Source: a virus (lineage: Duplodnaviria; Caudoviricetes). Taken from it: DNA of 49,099 bases. Of the stretch, positions 16,338 through 27,900 are shown piece after piece (positions within the stretch are counted from its first letter, which is position 1; each line of letters begins with the position of its first letter). The position numbers were made by a program, and so were the translations under genes. The DNA is taken from the IMG/VR virus record IMGVR_UViG_3300012665_000623, positions 1-49,099 of that record; one strand, 5' to 3'. The notes under the pieces were generated by a model, which was not told the DNA's origin, searched no databases, and worked only from the letters and a program-made list of their open reading frames with translations.

Positions 16338-18088
16338 TGTCTTACAATACGAATCAAATTAAAAAGACAGCACACAAGCCAGATTTTAATCCTGGCCCGT
16401 TCATTGCTGAAGTTGTTGATCACAGAGATTCAGATAAAATGGGAACATTAAAAGTTCAAATTTTGTCAGGTACAGCTGGTGCTGGATATGCAGACGAAGC
16501 TGGATTTAGTTATGTTGATTATTGTCCGCCATTTTATGGAACAACTCCATATGCGGCTATGGATCCTAATGCTAGAGCTTCAAGCAGTACACAACAAAGT
16601 TACGGATTTTGGATGGTCCCGCCAGACATTGGCACAAAAGTTTTAGTAATGTTTGTTGAAAGTGATGACAATAGAGGTTATTGGTTAGGATGTATTCCAG
16701 AAAAATATATGAATCATATGGTTCCAGGAATTGCTGCCAATCAGTATACTGAATTAACTCCTCAAGAAAAACAACGTCTAGGATACGATGAAAATTCAGG
16801 AGTACCTGTAGCTGAAATTAATAGACGTTTAATAGATAAAACTGGCACACTTGAGACTGACAAAATTAAAAAGCCATTACATCCTTTTGCACTACGTCTT
16901 GCAGAACAAGGGTTACTTAAAGATCCAATTCGTGGAACTACGACCAGTAGTGCAAGACGTTCATCAATTAGTAATGTATATGGAATTAGTACACCTGGAC
17001 CACCTGTATTAAAGAAGCAATATAATATGGGATCTAAATCTAATCCAACTCCTGTGTATACTGAAAGAGAAGGTGGTACACAATTTGTTATGGATGATGG
17101 AAACATATCTAAAGATGAAAAAACAGGCAAGCGTGGAATCACTGATGAATTAGTTAGAATACGTACTAGAACAGGCCATCAAATTTTACTGCACAACAGT
17201 AGTGATTTAATTTATATTTGTAACAGTAAAGGCACGGCTTGGATGGAATTTACCAGCAATGGTAAAATTGATATATTTGCACAGGATAGTGTAAGTATAC
17301 ACTCTGAAAATGATTTCAACTTCCGTGCTGACAGAGACGTTAATATAGAAGCTGGCCGTAATATTAATATGAGTTCTGTTAACTCCACACACTTTGAAGC
17401 TGGTTCTTGGATTGAAGGGGTTGCGGCGCTTGAAGTTAACTGGAGTGCGGTAAAACATGTTAACCTTAATGCAGGGGGAAAAATAAGATTGACTTCTATG
17501 GTTAATGCTACTAACCCCTTGTCAACTGGTATTGATTTATACGCATTATCTGGTAATTTAAATGTATATTCTTTACGTGATGTTAAGATACAAACTCCCG
17601 CCGCAATGAGTTTAAAGAGTGGTCTCGGACTATCTGTAATTTCTGGCGCAGGAACAACAATTCAAAGTGGTGGAGAATTTAATCTAAGCTCAATTGGTTC
17701 AAATTTTATTACTTCAAAAATATCCAACGTGTTCAGCGCAACTACTTCTCATATTGAGCGAGCCGGCCTCATTGATATGAATGGTCCAACTCCTGCGCCT
17801 GTAAGTGCTACAGCCGCTACAAACTTAGCAACTGCATTAGACGCATTAACATTATTGCCAGAATCTGCAACAAGTGTTGAATTTTTAGACACTTACAGTT
17901 TGCCTAGTAGAGGCAGAGATCCTAATGCAACTGCAGAAATGCAAAAAGGTTGGGAAAATAATAATTATTTTAGACAGCCAGATGTTAGTAGTATTACAAA
18001 ACGTGTTCCAATGCACGAGCCGTGGGATCATCATGAAAACATTGACCCTGAGCAATTCACACCAAATAAAACAGATAGGGGCGGATAA
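16337..18088 (+). CDS. gp5: Baseplate central spike (gp5-like: OB fold + beta-helix, no lysozyme)
   Basis: AEVVDHRDSDKMGTLKV, PPDIGTKVLVMF...YWLG (Gp5 OB fold); IRTRTGHQI, then short beta-repeats. Confidence 0.85.
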   Translation: MSYNTNQIKKTAHKPDFNPGPFIAEVVDHRDSDKMGTLKVQILSGTAGAGYADEAGFSYVDYCPPFYGTTPYAAMDPNARASSSTQQSYGFWMVPPDIGTKVLVMFVESDDNRGYWLGCIPEKYMNHMVPGIAANQYTELTPQEKQRLGYDENSGVPVAEINRRLIDKTGTLETDKIKKPLHPFALRLAEQGLLKDPIRGTTTSSARRSSISNVYGISTPGPPVLKKQYNMGSKSNPTPVYTEREGGTQFVMDDGNISKDEKTGKRGITDELVRIRTRTGHQILLHNSSDLIYICNSKGTAWMEFTSNGKIDIFAQDSVSIHSENDFNFRADRDVNIEAGRNINMSSVNSTHFEAGSWIEGVAALEVNWSAVKHVNLNAGGKIRLTSMVNATNPLSTGIDLYALSGNLNVYSLRDVKIQTPAAMSLKSGLGLSVISGAGTTIQSGGEFNLSSIGSNFITSKISNVFSATTSHIERAGLIDMNGPTPAPVSATAATNLATALDALTLLPESATSVEFLDTYSLPSRGRDPNATAEMQKGWENNNYFRQPDVSSITKRVPMHEPWDHHENIDPEQFTPNKTDRGG

Positions 18089-18522
18089 TGACCATTAAAA
18101 AAGTTGTAATTAAATCAAGTACACCAACAAGAGATTTTGGTATTAGGACGTCGCACATTTATAAAGGGTTTAATAGTAATCTTAAAGAACAAAATTTTAA
18201 GACTTATGACTTAGAATGTGTTCGACAAGATATCATTAATCAATTTAGTACCCGTAAAGGGGAACGTGTAATGGACCCAAATCAAGGCACTATTATTTGG
18301 GACGCAATATTTGAGCCATTAACACCAGATCTAAAAGTTGCAATAGCAGAAGATATTCGTGGACTGCTTAGAGCAGAGCCAAGAGTCACAGTTGAAGCAG
18401 TCAAAGTTGACGAATATCAGTCTGGTATACTCCTTGAAATCACAGTTAGATATAACACAACTGACTTAGCACAGGTTATCAAATTAAACTTTGATAAGGA
18501 ACTAGGATTAATCGCTAGTTAA
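18088..18522 (+). CDS. gp25: Baseplate wedge subunit / sheath initiator (gp25/GPW family)
   Basis: TRKGERVMDPNQG.IIWD.IFEP ... EPRV. Confidence 0.93.
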   Translation: MTIKKVVIKSSTPTRDFGIRTSHIYKGFNSNLKEQNFKTYDLECVRQDIINQFSTRKGERVMDPNQGTIIWDAIFEPLTPDLKVAIAEDIRGLLRAEPRVTVEAVKVDEYQSGILLEITVRYNTTDLAQVIKLNFDKELGLIAS

Positions 18523-18541
18523 CTACGTATTTTATTAGTCC

Positions 18542-18549
18542 GATAAATA
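18542..18549 (+). promoter_or_regulatory. Late promoter GATAAATA upstream of gp6
   Basis: Intergenic TAAATA followed by GGAG and ATG 18573. Confidence 0.7.
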
Positions 18550-18572
18550 TATTATCGGAGACTAAAATACAA

Positions 18573-21500
18573 ATGGCAAGCACAGAACGACAAAATTCTT
18601 TACTGGTCGCTGAAGACTGGACCAAGATATATCAAACGTTTCAAAACGCAGACTTCAAATCCTACGATTTTGAGACTATTCGTAGGAGCATGGTTGACTA
18701 CTTACGTCAAAACTATCCTGAAAATTTTAACGATTATATTGACAGCAGTGAGTATGTAGCACTCATTGACATGATTGCTTTCCTAGCACAAAGCCTAAGT
18801 TTCCGTATAGATTTAAATGCTAGAGAAAATTTCATTGATACTGCTCAACGCCGTGATAGCGTTCTTAAGCTGGCCAAGCTAATCAGTTACAATCCTAGAA
18901 GAACACAGGCCGCAAACGGCTTCTTAAAAATTGTTTCAGTTATGACAACTGAGAACGTATTTGATGCAAATGGCACAAACATTAACAATCGAGTGATTGC
19001 ATGGAACGATCCAACTAATCAAGATTGGTATGCACAGTTTACGTTAGCAATGAATTCAGCAATGTCTACAGCAGTATTTGGGCGTCCAAATGCTAGTAAA
19101 TCAATTAACGGTATTGCAACAGAATTATATAAACTTTATACACTTAATACTGATGTTCCTATTTTTGGATTCAATAAAACAATAGGTGGCATCCCAATGA
19201 CGTTTGAGCTTGTTAGCTCAACATTTGCTGATCAAACATATCTATATGAAGAACAGCCTTTAATGGGTAATCAATTCAGTGTTGTGTACAAAAATGATAA
19301 CAAAGGTAGCGGTAGCAAAAACAGTGGTTGGTTTGTACAATTCAAAGAAGGCAATTTACAAAGTTCTGATTTTGCCTTAGAGACTGCAACCTCTAATGAA
19401 GTTGTTGGCGTTGATGTTGAAAATATTAATAATACAGACGTGTGGTTGTATAAACTTAATGCACAATCTCAACAGGCTGAATTGTGGACTAAGCTAGATA
19501 ATACTAGCGGAACAAATGTAGTTTATAACAGTGTCAAAAATAAAGTAAGAACATTTTATAGTGTAAGCACTAGAGAAAACGATCAAATTGATTTAAATTT
19601 TAGTGACGGCGTATTTGGCGACCTGCCAATGGGAGCATTTAGATTATACTACAGAACTAGCAACGGGTTGAGCTATATTGTTACATCAGAAGAAATGAGT
19701 AATATACAAGTTAAACTTCCTTACTTGTCTAAAAATGGTCAAGCACAAACATTGACTATGGTATTGAACTTGCAGTCAAGTGTTTCAAATAGTGCTACTT
19801 CAGAAACAAATGACAGCATTAGACAAAATGCTCCACAAGTGTATTATACACAAAACAGAATGATTACAGGTGAGGACTACAATATTGCTCCTCTAACTGC
19901 TAATCAAGATATTATAAAAATTAAGAGTGTTAACAGATCAAGTAGCGGTATCAGTCGTTACTTTGATATTAACGACCCAACAGCTAGATATAGTTCAATC
20001 AACTTATTTGGTAATGACGGTGCAATTTATAGAGATGTATATTCTTCAAGTTTTAGCTTTGAGTTTGCATCCAAGAATGAAGTATATGGAATCATTAAAT
20101 CAAAAGTAGAGCCATTGATCTCCTCAGAGTCAATGAGAGATTTTTATTATGAGATTTTTAATAGACCAATTGTTAATCAGACAGAGATTGTTTGGAAAAC
20201 CGTTTCTAAAACTGTAAATCAAGCCACTGGCTATTTGATGAATTCAAATAGTTTACAAGCAGTGCCAGTAAGTCAGTTTACACAGTCTACTTTAAAATAC
20301 GTCAAGTCTATGGCGTTGATTAAATTTGAACCTCCAGCTGGAAAATATTTTGCTCCTAATGGAACACTTGTTTCAACACAATCTAAAAATACAAAAACAT
20401 ATATTTGGAGTGAAGTGTTGTACGTTTCAGGTGATGGCAGTAATTTAGGAACTGGCGTTGATGATTTAGGACAAGGATTGATTGGATTGGCAACGCCTGT
20501 TCCAGATGGAGCAATCCCTACACAAATTATTCCTGTACTAGTAACAGATATTCCGTTTGCATTTGAAACAGAAATTGCAAATCAAATTATGCTACGAAGA
20601 GACTTTGGTCTACGTTATGATAGAGATAATTCTGCATGGAACATGATCACGTCTAGTAATTTGGACACAACAAATGATTTTTCATTAACCCATGCAGGTG
20701 ACATTAGTAACTTGGGAATAGATGCAAGTTGGTTAATTAATTTTAGAAATGATGGCGGAGTTTACATTGTTTCTTACAGAGGTTTAGATTATATTTTCCA
20801 TAGTGAAAAAGAAATAAGTTTTTACTTTAACAAACAAGATAAAAAATATAGTAGTAAACTTGGAACACCTTTAAAAGATTATGTTACTATTCTTGGAATA
20901 AATGAAGACCCATTTACCAGCAATGCTATGGGACAAGAGTTTAAATGGGAATTGGTAGATATGATAGCTAACGATGATGGCTACTTGGATAACAATAGAA
21001 TTAAAATCTCCTTATTTGATAAAACAGGTGATGGCATTATTGACGATCCAGATTCATTTAGTAAAATTGTTGCGCCCGAGTTACTAGATCCAATTTCAGG
21101 AACAAAGCGTTCTTTTGTGTATATTCAAATACAAAACATCAATGATCAAGCAATTAGAACGTTATTAGATCCTAATGAAATTATTACATTTAACAGTGAA
21201 TTAGACATTGTTAGTTTAGGTTCATACGATGTTGGACAGCTATTTTATTTTTACAGCTCAACAGAAGATGTTGTTAAAAGATTAGATGCAACAGCAGGAC
21301 TAGTACTTGATAATTCAATTATTGCATACTCAGGTCGTAATAATATTAAGTTTCAATACGTACACGTTGCAACACAAGATTATAGAATTGATCCAAGTAA
21401 GTCAAACTTAATTGATGTTTATTTGCTGACTAAAACATATGATGATCAAATAAGAAGTTGGATTTTAAATCAAGTTGGTGATCCTCCAGCTCCGCCTGAC

Positions 21501-21986
21501 TCAAATGAATTGTTTAACAACTTTGGAGCCAATTTAAATTCTATCAAAGCAATTAGTGATGAAATTGTTTATCACTCGGCCAAATATAAATTACTATTTG
21601 GCACTGGCGCAGATGTTAACTTACAAGCAAAGTTCTATATCATTAAAAATAGTAAGTCTACTATAAATGATAACGATGTTAAATCAAGAGTTATTACAGC
21701 AATGAATCAATATTTCAGTTTAGAAAATTGGGATTTTGGCGACACATTCAATTTTGGCGAGTTGAGTGCTTATATCATTAAAGAATTAAGCCCAGAAGTA
21801 GTTAATTTTATTATTGTTCCTAGTGCCCCAGAAAAATATTTTGGAAGTTTATTCCAAGTATTCAGCATGCCAGACGAAATATTTTTAAGTACTGCTGATG
21901 TTATGGATTTAGAAATAATAGATACTATTACTGCTGGCCTATTAAAAACAAATGGCGCTACTGCAATCTCAAACAATTTAGGTTAA
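18573..21986 (+). CDS. gp6: Baseplate wedge protein (gp6 family), enlarged
   Basis: DFETIR, ENFIDTAQRRDSVLKLAKLISYNP, FSDGVFGDLP, ETNDSIRQNAP..YYTQNRMITGEDY. Confidence 0.92.
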   Translation: MASTERQNSLLVAEDWTKIYQTFQNADFKSYDFETIRRSMVDYLRQNYPENFNDYIDSSEYVALIDMIAFLAQSLSFRIDLNARENFIDTAQRRDSVLKLAKLISYNPRRTQAANGFLKIVSVMTTENVFDANGTNINNRVIAWNDPTNQDWYAQFTLAMNSAMSTAVFGRPNASKSINGIATELYKLYTLNTDVPIFGFNKTIGGIPMTFELVSSTFADQTYLYEEQPLMGNQFSVVYKNDNKGSGSKNSGWFVQFKEGNLQSSDFALETATSNEVVGVDVENINNTDVWLYKLNAQSQQAELWTKLDNTSGTNVVYNSVKNKVRTFYSVSTRENDQIDLNFSDGVFGDLPMGAFRLYYRTSNGLSYIVTSEEMSNIQVKLPYLSKNGQAQTLTMVLNLQSSVSNSATSETNDSIRQNAPQVYYTQNRMITGEDYNIAPLTANQDIIKIKSVNRSSSGISRYFDINDPTARYSSINLFGNDGAIYRDVYSSSFSFEFASKNEVYGIIKSKVEPLISSESMRDFYYEIFNRPIVNQTEIVWKTVSKTVNQATGYLMNSNSLQAVPVSQFTQSTLKYVKSMALIKFEPPAGKYFAPNGTLVSTQSKNTKTYIWSEVLYVSGDGSNLGTGVDDLGQGLIGLATPVPDGAIPTQIIPVLVTDIPFAFETEIANQIMLRRDFGLRYDRDNSAWNMITSSNLDTTNDFSLTHAGDISNLGIDASWLINFRNDGGVYIVSYRGLDYIFHSEKEISFYFNKQDKKYSSKLGTPLKDYVTILGINEDPFTSNAMGQEFKWELVDMIANDDGYLDNNRIKISLFDKTGDGIIDDPDSFSKIVAPELLDPISGTKRSFVYIQIQNINDQAIRTLLDPNEIITFNSELDIVSLGSYDVGQLFYFYSSTEDVVKRLDATAGLVLDNSIIAYSGRNNIKFQYVHVATQDYRIDPSKSNLIDVYLLTKTYDDQIRSWILNQVGDPPAPPDSNELFNNFGANLNSIKAISDEIVYHSAKYKLLFGTGADVNLQAKFYIIKNSKSTINDNDVKSRVITAMNQYFSLENWDFGDTFNFGELSAYIIKELSPEVVNFIIVPSAPEKYFGSLFQVFSMPDEIFLSTADVMDLEIIDTITAGLLKTNGATAISNNLG

Positions 21987-21996
21987 TGGATTAAAC

Positions 21997-24900
21997 ATGA
22001 GTAAAAGAAAGACGGTTAATTTCCTTCCAGTTCATTTTAGAACTGATGCCAACGAAAGATTTTTCTCTGGCACACTAGATCAATTAATTCAGCAACCTTC
22101 CTTAAAGAAAATTGATGGATTTATTGGAAGCAAATTTGTTAAAAATTATAACCCTGCAACAGATTCATACCTTAATGAAACTACTGGCATTAGAGAACAA
22201 TACGAACTTGAACCAAGTATCGTCTTGCGAAACAGTGTTACAGAACAAACTGAATTTACAAAAAACTACGAAGATATTTTAAATGCTATTTCTTATTTTG
22301 GTGCAGATACTAGCAATCAAGATAGTACATTTAAACAACAAAGTTATGCTTGGACTCCTTATATTAACTGGGACAAGTTTGTTAATTACAGAAATTATAT
22401 TTGGGTTCCAAACGGTCCAGAGACAATCACGGTAACTGGTCCAGAACTTGAAATTGCTAGTACAATTAAAGTAAAAATTGTCACTGATGAAATGGGTTCA
22501 TATTGGAATTTTAGTACTGATGGAGTAGCATACAATCCAACATTAACTTTGTATAGAGGATTGAATTATATATTTGAAGTTGATACAGTAGACCAACCAT
22601 TTTATATTAAGACAAGAAGAACAACTGGTTCTTCTAATATTCTACCTGGTGTACTTAACAACGGAGTGACTAAAGGTAGTGTAGTTTTCCAAATTCAAGA
22701 ATCAACACCTGGAACATTATTTTATCTAAGCGGCAACGACCCTACTATATTTGGAAAATTTCTAATCAGAGATTTAGTTGAAAGCACTCAACTTGACGTA
22801 GAGAATGAAATTATAGGAAAGAAAACATATTCATTTGGCAACGGAGTTCCGTTGAGTAATGGTATGCATATAACTTTTAATGGAAATATTACACCTGAAA
22901 GTTACAAAGGTAAAACATATTTGGTTGAGGGTGTTGGAAGTAGTATTACATTAATTGATGTTGAACAATTAGTTACTATTGAAAATTATGGATCTATTGT
23001 TGATACAAGTTTTGATCAATTTTCTTTTGATGAATTACCATTTGATAGCGTAACTAATTACCCATTAACTCCTGATTACATTACTATTAATAGTGCAAGT
23101 AAAGATAAAAATGCATGGAGCAGATATAATCGTTGGGTACATATTGATGTATTAAATGTATCTGCAGAATTAAACGGAACCCATGCAGAAATTGATTTTA
23201 AAAATAGAGCACAACGACCAATTATTGAATTCAACCCAAATATCAAGTTGTTTAATTTTGGAATAACTGCTAAAAATTATGTAAATTATTTAGATACATC
23301 AGTAACTGATGTGTTTAGTACTATTGAAGGTTCACGTGGATTTTATGTTGATGGTCAGTCATTACAGGAAGGTAACAGAGTAATATTCTTAGCTGATACT
23401 GATGCAGATGTTAAAAATAAAACGTATGTTGTGAGATATTTAGATATCAATGGTGTACAAAAAATACACCTTGAAGAAGATGTTGATGCAGTTCCAAACG
23501 AAGGCGACAGCGTATTAATTATTGCAGGAACTGCTAACGGACGTAAAACATTCCATTTTAAAGATGGCAATTGGATTAAATCACAGGCCAAGTTAGGAGT
23601 AAATCAAGCACCTTTATTTGATGTTTTTGATAAAAATGCAATTAGTTACAGTGATGAATTAGAATATAAAAATACTAATTTTAACGGAAATACTGTATTC
23701 TCCTATCAAATGGGATCAGGTGTTATTGACGCTGTGCTGGGATTCCCCGTTGTCTATAACAATATTTCAAATGTTGGTGCATATATGTTTGAAATGTCCT
23801 TATTCTCACAATCAAATACGTACATTACTAATGATACTACTATAGAAATTGCATCTAAAGATGGATTCTTATTAATTGACAACGTCTATCATAATGGCTG
23901 GACCAAGTGCAATGAAGAATCTAAACAACAAATTTTAGAATTAAAAACTGCGGCAGGCGGAGAATCTTTTGTTGAAATAACTTCCGCTAATATATTAACT
24001 CCTTTAGAATCCTTTACTGTATATAAAAATGGTACAAAAGTTCCATTAACAGAATACAATATTACTAAAGATACAGAGTATGACAAAATTTATTTGAACT
24101 TCACAGATAACTTAGTTGAAAATGATATTATTAATATTAAAGTACAGCCTGATTATGTTAAAACAGAATTTGGCCAATATGAAACACCAACAAACTTAAC
24201 TAATAACCCACTTAATGAATATGCATCTGCACTATCATATGCTGAAATTTTAGATCATGTAAACTCAATTATTGCAAATGCGCCTGCATTTGATAATTTA
24301 AGAGATACAGTTGATTTAGAGCAATATGGAAGACGTTTTGTACAACACGAGGGGTTGATTTCTTTAGCAGGATTATTCTTAACTGAAAAAGAATATAACA
24401 TTATTAATTCTCTACGTTGGAGTGGACTTGAGTATCAAAAGTTTAAAATTTCTATCATACAAAGATTTAATGAATTAAGCAATTATCTAAAAGTATCTGA
24501 TGCATTGGATAATATTTTAATTGACATGTCAAAAGAAAATAATGTTAATACACCATTTTACTTTAGTGATATGTTGCCGTTTGGACTCAATAGAAAAATA
24601 TATTCTTATACAGTTAAAAATATAGAAGTTGATTCTTATGCATTAGGAACAGAACCATTTAATAATACTGTATTATCTAATCAAGCAGTTTTGGTATATA
24701 TTAATGATCAACAGTTAACGTATGGTCTTGATTATGTATTTGATACTGTAAACCCATTAGTTATATTTTCTAAAACTTTGAATTTAAACGATGTAATTGA
24801 TATTAAAACATATTCAAATACTGCCGGTGCATGTATGCCACCAAGCCCAACTAAGCTAGGCTTATACCCTGCTTTTAGACCTACTAAATTTATTGATAAT

Positions 24901-27900
24901 ACTTATTTGAATCCTGTTGAAGTGATTCAAGGCCATGACGGAAGTATTACAGTTGCTTATGGTGATGCTAGAGACGAATTGATTTTAGAATTAGAAACAC
25001 GTATTTTTAATAATTTAAAAACAAAATACGATATTTCAATATTAGATACAAACAGTATTTTGCCTGGTCGTTTTAGAAAAAACAGTCATACATTATCGCA
25101 AATAAACCAAACACTTGGTGAAGAATTCCTACGTTGGGCAGGATTTTACAATATTGATTATGTAACAAATGATAATGCCCAATATGAAAGTGTGTTTGGT
25201 TATAATTTTTCAACCCAAGCAGACACGTTAGATGGTAATTTAGTAACAGGGTCTTGGAAAAACATTTATAGATATTATTATGACACTGATAGACCACACA
25301 CAAGACCTTGGGAAATGCTTGGATTTAGTGAAGAACCAAGTTGGTGGGAAAGCGAATATGGTACTGCGCCATTTACTTCTGGTAACAGTATACTTTGGGA
25401 AGATTTAGAAAAGGGTTATATTAGACAAGGTGAAAGACAGGGGTATGATGAGTTTTATGCCCGTCCAGGTTTACTACAAATTATTCCTGTAGATTCTTAT
25501 GGTGACTTATTAGACCCTCTACAGACCAATATTATTAAAACTTATAACCCTGCATACGTTTATAAAAATTGGACGTTTGGTGAAGTTGGTCCGGCAGAAA
25601 ATGCTTGGAGAAAATCTAGCCTGTATCCATTTGCTTTACAAATAAGCATGGCACTAAACTTGCCAGCAAAATATTTGACATTAGGGTTTGATGTTTCTAG
25701 GAACATTAAAAATTTAGCAGGACAATTAATATACTCTGACACCAATGAAAGAATACAGCCAAACAATTTAAAAGTATTTGGAACAGTTGTTGGCGGGAAA
25801 TCTGTTTTGACTGCTGGATATCACAACTACATTGTTGAGTATGCTAGACAACAACATCAAGACGCGCCTACTAAAATTAAAGATTTATTAGATAGACTAG
25901 CAGTTAGTTTAACTTACAAAGTTGGTGGATTTACTAGCAAAGACAAATTTAGAATTGCCCTTGAAACAGTGACCAATTATAAAGCCGCTGACACTGTATT
26001 CGTTCCAAGTGAAAATTATGAAATTATTCTTAATGTAAGTACTCCTATTGATACACTTGCTATCAGTGCTATTATCATTGAAAGAGGTGATACTGGATAC
26101 ATTGCTAAAGGATACGATAAAGTTAATCCGTATTTTAAAATTTACAACCCAATACACAAGCCTAATGATAAAATTGTTACAGTTGGTGGTGTAAGTGAAA
26201 ACTTTATATATTGGGCCGAAAACTCAAATGTTTTAGGTGGTACTGTCGTTGCCAATGGAAACAAGTATTATAGAGCAATATCAGATCATATAACTAAATC
26301 TTCTTTTGATTCAACACTATATTATCCATTACCATACTTGCCAACGACAGGCGGAGTAGAGGTTGCTGTGGCAGCAAGTTACGAAGATGCGGTTACAATT
26401 ATTCCTTACGGACAAGTTTTAACGTCAACACAAGATGTTTATGATTTTGTTGTTGGATATGGTGAATGGTTAACCAAGCAAGGATTTGAATTTTCAACTA
26501 ACTCAGAAGAGTTACAAATAGTTGCAAATTGGGATCTTGCTGGAAAAGAATTTTTATATTGGAGTTTGCAACGTTGGGCAGTTAATTCAATTATTAGTCT
26601 AAGCCCATTCTCAAATTCATTAATTTATAACAGCAATAAATCTGTTGTCGATAACATTTATGATAGTTTTTATGAATATAGTTTGTTAAGAGTTGATGGA
26701 AGAACAATTGACAAAACTAATGTTGACATTTCAAGAGAAGGAAACAAATTTACAATTAGTACAGCACGTAGTAAAACAGACGGCATATTTTTTGCTAAGA
26801 TTAATTTAGTACAAAAAGAACACTGTCTTGTAATGGATAATAAAACCATATTCAATGATTTAATTTATTCTACTACATCTGGTTACAGACAGAACAGATT
26901 CAAAGTTAAGGGATTTATTACTGATAACTGGGAAGGGGACTTCTATGTTCCTGGTTTTGTTTATGACGATGCAATGATTGATGATTGGCAAATTAATGTT
27001 GATTATCATGTAGGTGATGTTGTCAAATATCAAACAAAATATTATCAAGCAATAAAAAATATTCTTGCAACTGATATATTTGATTATGCAAATTGGAGTT
27101 TACTAGGTAAAAAACCAGTGGCGCAACTACTTCCAAACTTTGAATATAAGATACAACAGTTTGAAGATTTCTATAGTTTGGATAATGTAAGTTTTGACGC
27201 AAGTCAACAAAAATTTGCACAAAAAATAATTGGGTATGTTCCAAGAAATTATTTGAACAGTTTAATTCCTGACGAAACTAGTCAGTATAAATTCTACCAA
27301 GGATTTATTAGAGAAAAAGGAACAGCACTTCCACTAGAAAAGTTTAGCGTTGCTAATAACTCTACACTTGGATCACATATTGAATTACAAGAAGAATGGG
27401 CAATTAGATTAGGAAGTTTTGGCGCAGAAAACTCATATAAAGAAATTGAGTTCATGTTAGACCAAGATCAATTTTCTCAAGACCCACAAATTTTTGAATT
27501 TGTTGTTGATTCAAATAAAATTTCTAACTCACCAAGTTACAAACTATTGCCTGATCAAGTATTAACAAAATCAATTGATTATAATGGAAACCCTTGGCCT
27601 GTATTAGACGTTTCAACAGCAAATGGCAACGGGTATAATCAATATCACAAACTACCAGTTGCTGGATATGTTAGATTAGATGATGTAACATACACTGGAT
27701 TATATTCAAATAACATTTTATCTTTAGCAAGTAATACTGCTTTAAAAGAAGGAGATACTATCTGGATTGCAATGGACACGATTGGTGATTGGGACGTTAG
27801 ACGATATACATTATCTGGCGCATCAATTATTAATTACGGTGTGGATAACAACGAACAATATATTAGTTTTAACACTGATATGCCACATGGTCTTGCAGTG

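Noticed and set aside
18088-18522. Lysozyme activity for gp25
   Set aside because: Historical mislabel of the family; gp25 is a structural sheath initiator and no lysozyme motif is visible.
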